A DNA stretch of 64,000 nucleotides, taken from the NCBI GenBank assembly GCA_051942205.1, contig JAVECO010000096.1, positions 1-64,000 of the forward strand, in the 5' to 3' direction. Shown piece after piece: positions 11,540-23,017 of this stretch. The notes under the pieces are model-generated. The model made no database searches and had not been told where the DNA came from. It saw only the letters and a list, made by a program, of their open reading frames with translations. Position 1 is the first letter of the stretch. Each line of letters begins with the position of its first letter. This DNA comes from Coniocarpon cinnabarinum (Eukaryota). The position numbers were made by a program, and so were the translations under genes.

Positions 11540-14500
11540 ATGGACATCAAGTCGCTCCTCTCTCAAGATACCCCAGTCCACACTCCCAGCAGCAATCCCC
11601 AGCCTCACTCCCCTGCACGTCTCCCCAATGGCTCCCCTTACCATCCATCGCCACACACCTACGATGCTTTCCAGTCCCAGCAAATGCCACCTCCCCAGAG
11701 GCATGCCTCCACCTCCATGGACACACTAGCGGGTAAGGCACCAGTCCACGCACGTGCAAGAAGACATCCCACCTAATGCCTCCACAGATCTTGCTTCGAT
11801 GCAGCAGTATCAGGCAAGTGTTCGCAGTGCCTCCACTTCGCTTCGCAATCCCGAGCTTCAGAACCCCGTCGACTCTCCTGTCCTTTCCAATCCTCCCAAC
11901 GGCTCCTTTCCCTCTACTCCAACGCGGACGCGCAGCGTATCACATCTCACCCGCGTGCAGGAGCCTCCTCAACGCTCAACACCGGTCTCGACCCCGCTCT
12001 CAGAAGGAGATTTGCCAATCATGGAACAAACCGTGATTTTGGGTGAAGAAGCATGGACAGAGAGGATACAATCCGCCGTCATCACAGCCCGCTCCATCCA
12101 AGATCGCGTTGCTATCATGGAGCTGTGCGCACAGGCAGTAGCTGAGGAGCCAAGCAGTCCTCGACTGTGGCAAATCTATGGGGACTGGATGTGGATACTC
12201 TACAAGCGATCTTACGACATTGCAGGTGTTTACGAATCTTGCCCACTGGAGAATGTGCAAGTCGATGATGGCACGGTAGCTGATCAGCCTTGGTCGACTG
12301 AAGATTCTACCGTTGGTAAAGAAGTCTTTCAATGGGAGCCCATGTTGGACATTTGGAGACGGGGCGCGTCCAAGACTCAGTGGCATCTGGACAGCAGTAA
12401 TCTAGTATGGGACCCGTACCTGGAGCTTCTCATGTTCGATTTTTCTACATCGCCTTCCCCAGCCAAATACGCCGACATTTACCAACACTTCCACCAACGC
12501 CTGTCCACTCCTCATCGTACTTGGGAGGATACAAAGAACGCATTTGCCAGCTTCGTTGCTCGGTATGATGAGGGAAATATCCAATACGCTGTGACGGAAG
12601 CGGGTAAGCTGGCGCAGCGTTTCCAAAGCGCTTACGACCTCCGCATCAACCGTGAGAATGCTCTGAGACGGGCAGCAATCAGTGACGACAGCGCATCAGA
12701 ACATCAAATTTTCGAGGACTATTTGGCTTGGGAAGAGACGCATCATCGCCAAAAGACCGCACGAGGATGGGGTCAAAACCTATATCTGTCACTCCTCCAA
12801 CGCGCGACTATCCGTTTTCCTAAAGATGCAGATTTTTGGCTTGACTTCGTCACATTTCTTATGGAGGAGGGTCATGACCAAAATCTTCTACTTGAGGTAG
12901 CTGAACGGGCAACAAGATACTGCCCTGCTTCTGGCGATCTCTGGAGCATGCGTCTGTACGCGACAGAGGCTTCTGGTAGGCCGTACAAGGAGATTGAGAC
13001 AGTGAAACACAATTCGACAAGCACCGGACAACTAGAAGATGGCAGCAGCATGCAGGAACTCATCAAAGTCGAATCTGCTTGGTGCGGATACCTTCGCCGA
13101 GCAGCATTTTCAGCAGGGGCTTCTGAAGATAGCAAAGATGTTGCAGAGGTCGCCATCCGCTCTGCGATTGAGAATGTCGCTCGAGTGGGCCGAGACAAGT
13201 TTGGCGAGGCGTACCAGGGTGATCCCGAGTTCCGAGTCGAACGAATCTTCATCAAGTTTCTCACCCAAGATGGACGTATCGACGATGCTCGGGACATCTG
13301 GGTGTCGTTAGAGAGATCTCACGGGGACAGTCAGTTCTACTGGGATCGGCGATATGTCTGGGAGATGACCGTGTGGGAGCCTTCGCAGGATCGATCTGTC
13401 GATGTGAAGTCGCAGTCGATACCAACCATGGCCACTGCGATCTTGAAGCGTGCTGTACTTCGGGACAATATGGACTGGCCTGAGAAGGTCATTGAGCTGT
13501 ATTTGCATCATTGCGGTCAACATGAGACAGCCAAGGCGTTGTTGGATGCTCAAGTCGATGCTCGACGTGCTTTCAAAAAGGTCGCGAGACGACGCCAAAA
13601 CGAGCAGATGCAGTATCAACAGCAACAGGCGGCATATGAGCAAGCGTACAAGCAAGAAATGAACGGCAAGCGGGCTCGCTCCGACGACGATGTCGAAATG
13701 TCAGATTCGAAACGAGCACGGACGGATGAGCCTGCCGAGCAACCACCATTCAACGATCCTTCATCGTCTGCCTCTGCACAGCTCAAGCGTGACCGCGAGA
13801 ACACGACTGTGATCGTACGACATCTCCCATCAGACGCCACTGAGCTCAAAATCAGGCAGTATTTCCGCGATTGTGGTGATATCAATGCGGTCAAGGTCAT
13901 TCAAGAAGACGCCAACGCCGAGGCCAGCGCTACGATCGAGTTCAAGGCTCAGGAAGACGTGCTCACCGCGCAGACAAAATCCATGAAAATGTTCGGCGAC
14001 AAGCCTATCGACGTTCAGGTCGGAACGGGCACCACGATCTGGGTGACGAACTATCCACCGGAAGCCGACGAGACCTATCTGCGCAAACTCTTCAAGGCCT
14101 ACGGTGAAATCGTCGAATTACGCTTTCCCTCCCTCAAAGCGAACACTCATCGACGCTTCTGCTACATCCAGTTTTTGACTTCCAAACAAGCTGCTGAAGC
14201 GTCCGCTGCGCTTCACGGCCGTGCCCTCGAGCATAATCACCGCCTCAGCGCTTTACTCTCGGATCCAGGTAAGCACCGAGAACGCCAAGGAGCCACCGAC
14301 GAAGGTCGCGAAATCTACGTGGGCAACTTCAACTGGAATGCCAACGAAGCTGATCTTCGCTCACTACTCGAATCTCACGGCTGTGGCCAGCACATCGAAA
14401 CGCTGCGAATTCTGCGCAATTTCAACGGCAAGAGCAAAGGCGCGGGGTTTGTCACTTTCGCTCAGAAACAAGAAGCGGAGTTGGCAGCGCAGCGATTGGA

Positions 14501-15266
14501 TAAGCAGGTGTATCGTGATCGTGTTCTCACCGTTACGATTGCCAATCGCAATGCGAAAGGTCCGAAGACGAGTGCGACGACAGTGGTGCGGAATCGACGA
14601 GCTTCGACTGCCGCTTCCGAAGGATCGTCGCAGCAAGGTGGGAGTGCTGATACGCCGATGGGTGACGCCGACGCGTCTCAAGATCAGGCTTCAGCAAACG
14701 ACGCCGCGACGAGACAAAGTCGTACACTGGCTCTACTTAACATACCGGATACTGTCAACGACGCCCGCATCCAAGCCCTGTGTGAACCCTACGGTGGTGT
14801 CGTTAAGATCCTGCTCAAGCCCGAACACGGCGGCGCGTTGATCGAATTCGAAGAGGCGGAGAGTCGAAATCGCGCACTCCTCTCGTTAGAAGGTCACGAG
14901 ATTGCAGACGGCAAACGGCTCAGGGTCGGAGAAGCCTGGGAAGTTCTCAAGGGTCCGACTTCGAACACGGATGCAAACACAGCTGTCAACGCAAGTGCGC
15001 CCAAGACTGAGAGCAAGAAGAAAGGCATGAAGCCGGCGAGTGTGACTCGTCCTGCGTTTGGTGCCGGCAGTCGTGGACGTGGACGAGGGCGCGGCGGACG
15101 CGCAGGTCTGGGCTTTGGAAGGTCGAACGCGGCTGGTAATGTGGCAAGAAGTGAGGACGCCACTGGAGGAGGGAAGAGTCAAGACCATTTCCGCGCATTA
15201 CTGGGAGGAGGCTCTGAAGGTGCGGAGACAAGCGCGAAAGACACGAAGGACGGTGGAGAGGTGTAG
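11540..15266 (+). CDS. PRP24: U4/U6 snRNP recycling factor Prp24/SART3 (HAT repeats, 4 RRMs, Lsm-interaction tail); intron 11733-11787
   Basis: HAT-like W-x-x-Y repeats; RRMs beginning at KRDRENTTVIVRHLP, TIWVTNYPP, EIYVGNF and TLALLNIPDTVNDARI; C-terminal KSQDHFRALL (SNDDFR-type motif). Confidence 0.92.
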
Positions 15267-16105
15267 TGTGTTGGTGATTCTGGAGGTGCGTCAATGGAAT
15301 GGTCAAGGATGAGGGGATGGGATGGCACGGATGGTATGGTTATGGATGGATGGGGGATATGGTGGCAATGTCTGAATAGTATTGGAATGAGATCTATGAT
15401 CTGACACTGTCTTGATCCCACATTGCATACAAGAAGCCAAGAAGCTCTGGTGTCGATGGCGGTCTCCTGACGCTTCTCGCACGCGCAGAACCCACACTGA
15501 ATACATCGATTCAAGAACGAGGCGTCTACAGTGAGCGTACTTAGGCAGGGTCAGGCAGTATGCCAGTGTGAGTATGGAAGTTGGTCAACCCACGGTGAGG
15601 ATGACAGAGCTCTATTCCGACGTTGTACAGGTTCTGGATGATTGTATGAATAAACACGAGGAAGATGTAAAGATGACACTGCAATAATTCCTGATAGATC
15701 GTCTGCATTCAAACAGGTATATGATCGATCTAGCGAAGAAAAGTCGTGTCCAAGCTGATGGACAGATGTCGGGAGAACGGTAAGTAAGCAGGGGACATGT
15801 CGTTGAAGTGTCGCGGCCACGACCACAGCCATGACAGATTCGTGATGTCGAGGATGTCCTGACCTCTGAGCTGACCGAGCGGAGCCAGTGTGCAGCTCCC
15901 GCGGTCCTAGGTTACCAACTCCTCGCTATCCGTTCCCTTTTCAAAATTTTGATTTCCAAATCCTCGTCAACGTTACCCATGGATCTATTATCATCGCCCA
16001 TAGATATCACGAATGTCCTTTGCGAAGCGACTGGTGAGACACGGGTTTCCCATTCCCGACGTATCACAACGCAGATTCCTCCAGTTTTTTTCCCAGATCC
16101 TCTCA

Positions 16106-17444
16106 TTACGGTGTACTCACAGCGTTGCTATCACTGAACGGGCTGGACTCAGTTTCCTCTTTCACATTGTCCGGGACAGCCAACTGGCCGCTTTTGCTTT
16201 GGCCACCTGCTCCAACGCTCCCCAAACCTCCGTGAGTCGGCTGCCTTGATGCTCGTCTTGTAGCTTCTTCGATCGCTACCGCCAACTGTCGATTGGAAGT
16301 TTTCTTTTGCGGCTGCTCGGGCTCAGACTCATCAGTGCCAGTGCTCTTTTCAGGGTCGGCGGTTGTCGATGTGGCTAAGGGGTGTGCCTTTTTCTCTGCT
16401 GGTTCATCGATCTTCTTTCCCTCACCATACTTGCCATAATCGACAGCTGGCACCTGTGGGACATGGCCGGTTGAATCTTGTGGAGTATTGGCGTTTGAGG
16501 GTCTGACAGAAACGACAGCAGCTTTGCCAACGGGAGTAGCCATGGCGGTACCGGTTTGCCCGTCGTGGTAGATTGTGGATGATACCGACTCGCGCGCAAG
16601 TGATGAAGCAAGTGAGTGATGCCGCATGGACCGAATGTCTTCGGAATCATCTGTAGAGTTTGAGAATTGCGACCATCGAGAAGCACCAACACCGCCAGCA
16701 AGGTCCGCAGGAGTAAGGAAGTAATCAGGAGTGCCTGGATGGTTGCCGCGATCGATGGTCGAGGCAGTCGAAGAGACAGTATTGCGTTGATGCGACATGG
16801 GAATTGAAGGAACCGGGGGCACGTCAGAACCACTGCCATGCTGGCCTGATCGATCAGTGATGCCCGGAATGAACGCTATCTGGATGACATTGGAGGCTCT
16901 AGTCATTGCGCTGGATGCCACTGAGCGGACAGAGTGATGAGACTGTCGAGCTTGTGAGGTCGGTCTAAAGGAGCTCTCAGCAACATGCGGTGACTTCTCG
17001 TGATCGGATCCCGCGTAGGCGCCCTCGTCATCAAAATACTCGGCTTCATCAGTCTCGTAATCCTTGTACCGAGGCCGAATGCAGAATCGCCAAATGATAA
17101 ATGTGACAATAGCAATGAACACAACGCCACCCACGACACCACCAGCAATAGCACCGACATTGGGGCCACCACCTCCTGATGACTGCAAGCCTGCCTGTGC
17201 AGCAGGAACACAGACTGCCTGCGCACAAGTGTTGCAGCCGTCACCAGGTTGTTGAATACACGTTTCGCCAGTTTTGCATTTGGGACACGATGGCTGGACG
17301 TCAGCACATTCGAGGCATCGTTTGAAGAGGGTGCGGAGGGCGTATTCAGCGTCTGCGATATAGAGTTAGCTAGACTTCGACATGGATTGAAGCGAGTGAG
17401 AGCTTCAAGAGGTAGAACGTACGGCGAGGCACCGAGGTGGCCAT
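16106..17444 (-). CDS. OPY2: Opy2 membrane anchor (HOG/Ste50 signalling); exons 17444-17423 and 17352-16106
   Basis: The spliced N-terminus has an 8-Cys domain (CLECADVQPSCPKCKTGETCIQQPGDGCNTCAQAVC), then a GAIAGGVVGG TM helix and the cytosolic TRASNVIQIAFIPG motif. Confidence 0.88.
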
Positions 17445-18427
17445 GTCCAATTCTGAACGGCAGAAGAGAGCCCGCTTTGATGGGAGAGGAGGGCTGAGCG
17501 CCCTCTAGTACTGTTTCTCGAAGGTGACACCCGGCCCGTAATAAATGTGCACGAATGAATGACAGCGACGGATGAACTGGGGAATTGCTGCCCAAGGGCC
17601 GACTGAGAGGCTGTAATGTAATGGAAAATGAAGCGAGCGACTAAACAATCAAAGAACGACTGGTAAGAGTTTGCTGGGTCAAACAATGAGAGCTCAAAAT
17701 GGACTAAAGCGGTGACAGTTGAAATGGACGCGACGAGGTAGATAAGCGTGAGACCGAGTCCAAAAGGCGAGGTGGTATGATTGCCGAGTCGATGAGGAGA
17801 GTTCGCCCAAGGGAAGGACAGTGAAGGCGTTGAATGAACGAGCGACGCGAGGCAACGAGGAGGGACGCTGGAGGAGGAGCCGGAAGAAGAGAGCAGGGAT
17901 GCGCGACGAGGTGGTTAATTAGAGGGTGGGATAGAGGGCCGCTGGGGGTCGATTGGAGGTCGATGGGAGGCGAGGAGGGAAGAGAAGAAGGGAAAGACGA
18001 GTGAGACGGGAGGAGAGGAGGGAGGAGAGAGGAGGAGGACGCTGATTGGCTGCTTGACGCCAAGAGATGCCAAGAGAGGGCCTCTACCAATCTCGACTCG
18101 TGGCTCGGCACTCTGCAATGTCCACTGTGACACCCCGCCTGTGACACCAGTCAGGGCCTGGACCAGCTCAGAGATGGTGTCACGTTACGTCCGGAAGACA
18201 CTCTTCCAATTTGCCCACGCCTCTGCAGTGTCCGTACGCTGACTGGGTGTCTAGAAAATAGAGTTCGGCCAGCTGCTATCTTGGTCACAGCCCAACAAGG
18301 CAAGTGTCCGCGACGAGGATCCAGCGCAGGTGAAACGATCCTTCGATCCTCTGCCTATCTCATTGTTCCCTGCCTGCCCATCTTCGTTCTCACTTCTTCT
18401 ACTCTCGCTACCGTCTCTAGCCATATT

Positions 18428-18811
18428 CCGAGCGCTCCGACTGTCGAATATGTCTCTCTGCTGATCACCATTATCTGTTCTGGTCTCCTGCCGTCGCCAC
18501 TACCGACGTAACCGGGGCGTCTTTCGGAAAGACCAGCGGAATAGTATCCTCTTGAGGTTCAGGAAAGGGCTCGCGGAAGGGGCTTTGCATTCAGTGTTAG
18601 CTCGCGCTAAAGTCTGCGAGTGCCTTTTGGCGAGGCAACTCTAACTTCAATTATTCAATGTTGACAAGGCTCGGATCCTCCGGACACGGCGTTCCGGCCA
18701 TATGCCTGAACGGGTTCAAGATCTGGTGTTTGGCGGATCGAGAAAGTCGTGAATGTCAACGTGGTCGGCATTCAAGGCGCTTCCGCTCGTTTTTCCACAC
18801 CCGTGTCTCGA
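18428..18811 (+). ncRNA. Candidate structured non-coding RNA of unknown family
   Basis: Many nested helices whose G-U pairs work on the + strand. Preceded by a CT-rich tract, followed by GTAAGT donors, and no credible ORF. Confidence 0.45.
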
Positions 18812-20622
18812 GTAAGTAAGTATTTGTGAATGGCAAATTCACTATGCTGGCTTTCTTTGAATACAGACGATGCTATTTATCCTTTTCTTAGATGCTCATC
18901 AGCGTTTTTGGTCTTCTTTCACATAAGCTTTTCGCCTCAGACGCAGAGCAACGTGCTTGATTCTGGAAACGCGTCGAGTCGTACTTTCGTATTCTTCCTG
19001 CCATCCGAGTTCGTTAAATATAACTATAAAAATTCTGCCCTTCGCCTTCACGCCCAAACTGAGCATGGATCATTTGCCTGATATTTTCTCGACATCTTTG
19101 CTGGGCTGAACCGCCCCGTTTTAAAACCTGAGCGCGGTGTAGACGTACGTGAGCTGAAGACTGGTCGAATTGCCTCTAAGCGAGAACCCCAGCAAATCTT
19201 AGTGTTTGTGTCAGTTGATGCACAACGCCTTAGAGCCGGTGCAGAAGAGGCCGTCCATCAGTCGAAAAGGTCTCAGTTGAAGCACAGAGGTTCGCCATCA
19301 GAGTCATGAAGGCCATAAAGTTCATGTAGATTCACACGTCGGCAATGGTAGGGGCCAGGGGGCAAAAGTCGTTACCGGATCTCAGTCCAGGCGACGAGCC
19401 TATGATGACAATGATTCGGGTCACAAACTATGAGCACAAGCGGGGAAGCCCTCTGCGACTCTTGAAATGCTGAATCAACACACGGCAAGTACTTCCCTAC
19501 CAGACTCTTGCGACTTTTAATCGACCACGAATGAGGTTCTCGTTTGTGCTGCTCTGACATGCCTGGTGACGTGAAGAGTCCAGGATTTAGGGTGCAAAGG
19601 TGCGTTTTACAAATTCACGAACATCGAGTCGTATATTGCCTTGTCCCTTTATAACTCCCAAATGCTTAGCTGATAACCTTTTTAATCGCCAGGTTTGTAG
19701 AAGCTACATGTGTTCGGAAAGGCCTTTAAATATTCAAATTAAAGGACAAAGTAAGGCTTGCTGGGACCCTTGGTGGCCTAGAATACTCCAGAGATTATGG
19801 CCTACCTCATTATTCGCGTCGTCTAGCATTTACGTGGCCTCGGATGACACACCAACTTAGGAAAGTGATCGTGGGTCTGGCGATCCGTATGAGAAATCTT
19901 ATTGAAGAGACTCATCGCCATGAGATTGACAGGAACGCCAAGGTCCTGCGCCCAGGCTTCGCTTATACACGACTTGAGCGATTCAAGTCTACCGATGCTG
20001 CATACATGACAGACGTGTTGACCATCTAAGTGATACTCTGCGTCTGCTTACAGGGAACATGGAGCTAGTGCCGAGTGACAACGACTACGAGCGTTCACAT
20101 CCGTCACTAAAATGGTCCCATTTCAAATGTGGTGGGGTATGCAATTTCCACGTAACGATCAACTGAAAAATACGATCAGACATAGTGGTAGTCCCAAGCC
20201 TTTCATAGCCCATAAGACTCTTGTAAAGCTTATCTGAACATCCAGAACTCTGCTCAAGTGGGGAGGCTTAATACTTTGCAGTGGCGTGGAGTGCAGTGTG
20301 GTATGACAAAATGAGATAGAGCTTGAAGACACGACAAAACTCCAATGTTGAATCGACGCAACCACATGTGCCGAATCAGCTTTGTCTGACTGAAGGTCCA
20401 ATGGTAGCCATCATTTGGATTATGGAGTTTTTGATGGCTAGATGGCGCTGGATGTTCATGTTGCGAACTGGATGTATGCCTAGTGATGTGCTGAGCGAAA
20501 TGGTCTGCATCTCACTCACAATTTTTTACTAGCAAAATGCTGGCCAACATAGCGCCATAGCGCATGGAAGCAACGATACAGGGCAGTTTTGTTACATATT
20601 TACAAGCTCAACGTACCTCTCT

Positions 20623-21746
20623 TCACGCCCTTTGTTGCCCAGGAAAGTTCGGTAGCTCTGGCATCATGCCCAAGCCGCCACCTCCAGCTTTGACACTTCG
20701 CGCAAGGTTCTGACCCTCGACCGTCGCTTCTCCTGAGACACCGGCAGCGCTTCGATCAAGAACATGTTTGCGCACCAAAGCGAGGATCTGACTGTCTTTC
20801 CATCTTGCAGGCACAGGCTTGTATGCCGGTTTGAAGTTTCCAGCAGTTTGCTGCCATTCGCCTTTCGCAGGCTGACGCTTCATCTCCTGCCCATCATTTG
20901 ACGCAGTTGCTTCGTTTGCGGCTGGAGCTGGCTCGCCTTTGGCTGAGTCAGTTGCAAACTCTGGCTGAGCACCCTCTGCAGTCTCACGAGACGTAGGCGA
21001 TGGTTGTTGGGTAGCCCAGTAGTACAAGTCCCAGTCATTTTCATCCAGGAACCGGTCGTACTCCTGCATTTGAGGCACTGTCATCCGCCCAAGAAAGGCA
21101 TCGGCAAAGGTGGAGAAGAGCAAGTCGCTTTCAAGTGTTCCTCGCTTACGACTCTGATCTGCAGGTCTGTGTCAGTCGATGCCGCACGTAAACTTGATCG
21201 CGTCACGAGCTGAGGGATGGACAGAACACAGGTGGTGGGAGAGAAGATGGTACAAGTGGTTCGGTGCAAATGGGACAGACATAATAATCTGGCTCGCAAG
21301 GTATCCTCGCTTTCGCCTGACCTTCGATGTGGCTCTACTTTGAAAGCGCCACCTTGGATTTCACCCACGTCCAACTCAGCATTTGGGCCTTTCCCGGGAG
21401 CGGGAGCTTGCGTGCCTCCTGTCATGCGCTCGGTATTCTCTGGCACGCTGTCCTTGGGCGTGTAATTGGGATCAACATTGGTAAGCATGTCGGCTGGAGG
21501 TTTGTCCTTGCCGAGGCTGGGGAACTCATTGGCAATTGTGGACGTGGTGTTGGTCATGTGGGGATTCAAGGGCTTGTTGATCATGAACTGGCGATACTTG
21601 TCGGCGGTGTCGTTGCATCGCGAGCTCAGAGGCACCGCCTTGGGCTCGTCGGCGAGGCGTCGGATGGAGGTTGACAACGCTCGCTGACCGCCTTTGTGGC
21701 TGGAGCACGCGTATGCAGCACGCACGAATAGCCTGGACGGGGCCAT
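20623..21746 (-). CDS. SDH5: Succinate dehydrogenase assembly factor 2; intron 21280-21159
   Basis: The spliced [24 protein letters not shown]...[17 protein letters not shown] is the Sdh5/SDHAF2 signature. The N-terminus looks like a mitochondrial presequence. Confidence 0.93.
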
Positions 21747-22611
21747 GTGGGATGTAGCTGGGCGTGCGTGGAGAGCTTTAGTAATCCAGCTGGCAGAGAC
21801 AGTCAGGTGGTGGACAAGATGATGGCACAATGTTACTGGGGGGAAGGAGACAGCGTGAGGTAGCTGCAGTATGATGCAGACGAGCTATACGCACGTGCCC
21901 GATCTGGCAAGAGCCTTCCAACTCCGCAGAACTCCGCAGTGCCGGCTTCTGCGAGAGTGTCCTTGCACGTCCTTCCCCTCACCGCCACTCCTCCCCTCTC
22001 ACTGCACGGCTTTGCCTCTGCTGCTCCTCTCCTCTGACGGTCAATGTGGACATGCTGCGAGAGTCACTCGCTAGTCCCATTCGACTGAGGAGACTAGAGC
22101 CTGCTCTTCGTTACTGATAGACCGCCCCGGCCGTGGCCCAGGGGTGAGGTCGACCAATGGCCGCAAGGTGGGTCTTAGCCTGTCGAGCAGACGTCGTGTG
22201 CGGAGCTTTGTGCCTCCATTGAAGTCCTGACAGACGCCTCTGTGGTGTCGACCCTGGAGAGAAGAACCGGAGCTAAGCTTTAGAGCTCAAACTACGAGCA
22301 CCGCGTTCGAGGAAAAATACGAAAAAGTGAGACGCTCCGGTCAGTCTGGCTGGCAAGTCACTCGTATCAGCGCAGACCAAATGGGTGAGCCAGGGTCAAG
22401 CTTCCTGGGCGTACATACGCTGCAGCACGTCGATTAGCCATGCCCATATTCCGCGCGTTTGGTAATCGCCATATCTGAAGGTACTGTCTTGTTTTCACAC
22501 GACACTACTGTGGGAAGCCCGCATGGACCAGCAACGCAATATCCACGACCGTTTGCCCATTGTGACAATGGACCTTTGTCCAGCCTCACGCCCTGGGGCA
22601 TACCGCTTCCA

Positions 22612-22779
22612 CATTCCTCACCCACGGTCGTGGCTGAAAGCGGAATGCATCGAGGGATCAGGCCTGTTCAAAGGGAAAGCCACGCACTTCGACAAAACTT
22701 GCCAGCGCATTTACGAGGATGAAGGGCATTCCATGGCGAAAGATGGAGGCTGGTTGGCACTTGACGCGCCTGCTATATA
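22612..22779 (+). promoter_or_regulatory. wetA promoter: three CATTCY (AbaA/TEA-type) elements and a TATA box
   Basis: CATTCC 22612-17, GGAATG 22642-47, CATTCC 22727-32, TATATA 22774-79. Confidence 0.55.
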
Positions 22780-23017
22780 GCTGCACCGCGTCAAGCTTGC
22801 TCCACCGCCCTTTATGCAGCGGAACAATTTCATTTAGCTGCAAGGAAGGGCATCCAAGACACACGCGGCGCGTCGATCGTCTTACGCTCGTCATCTCACC
22901 CAGCGCTCGCCTGAAGGGGCGCGCTATCTGCGGCACCAGCATTGTTCTCCGCCAGCGTCACGTGGCTCGCAACCCGGCCCACCCAGCTGTGCCGCTCGGT
23001 CCTCGTCGGCTCCCACA

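Noticed and set aside
18428..18811. Assignment of the structured element to telomerase RNA, U2 or U5
   Set aside because: No telomere template is visible and the small loop lacks the P6.1 U/G pattern. U2-like fragments (TATCTGTTCT, GCCTTTTGGC) are in the wrong order with no GTGTAGTA, and the U5 loop GCCTTTTAC is absent.
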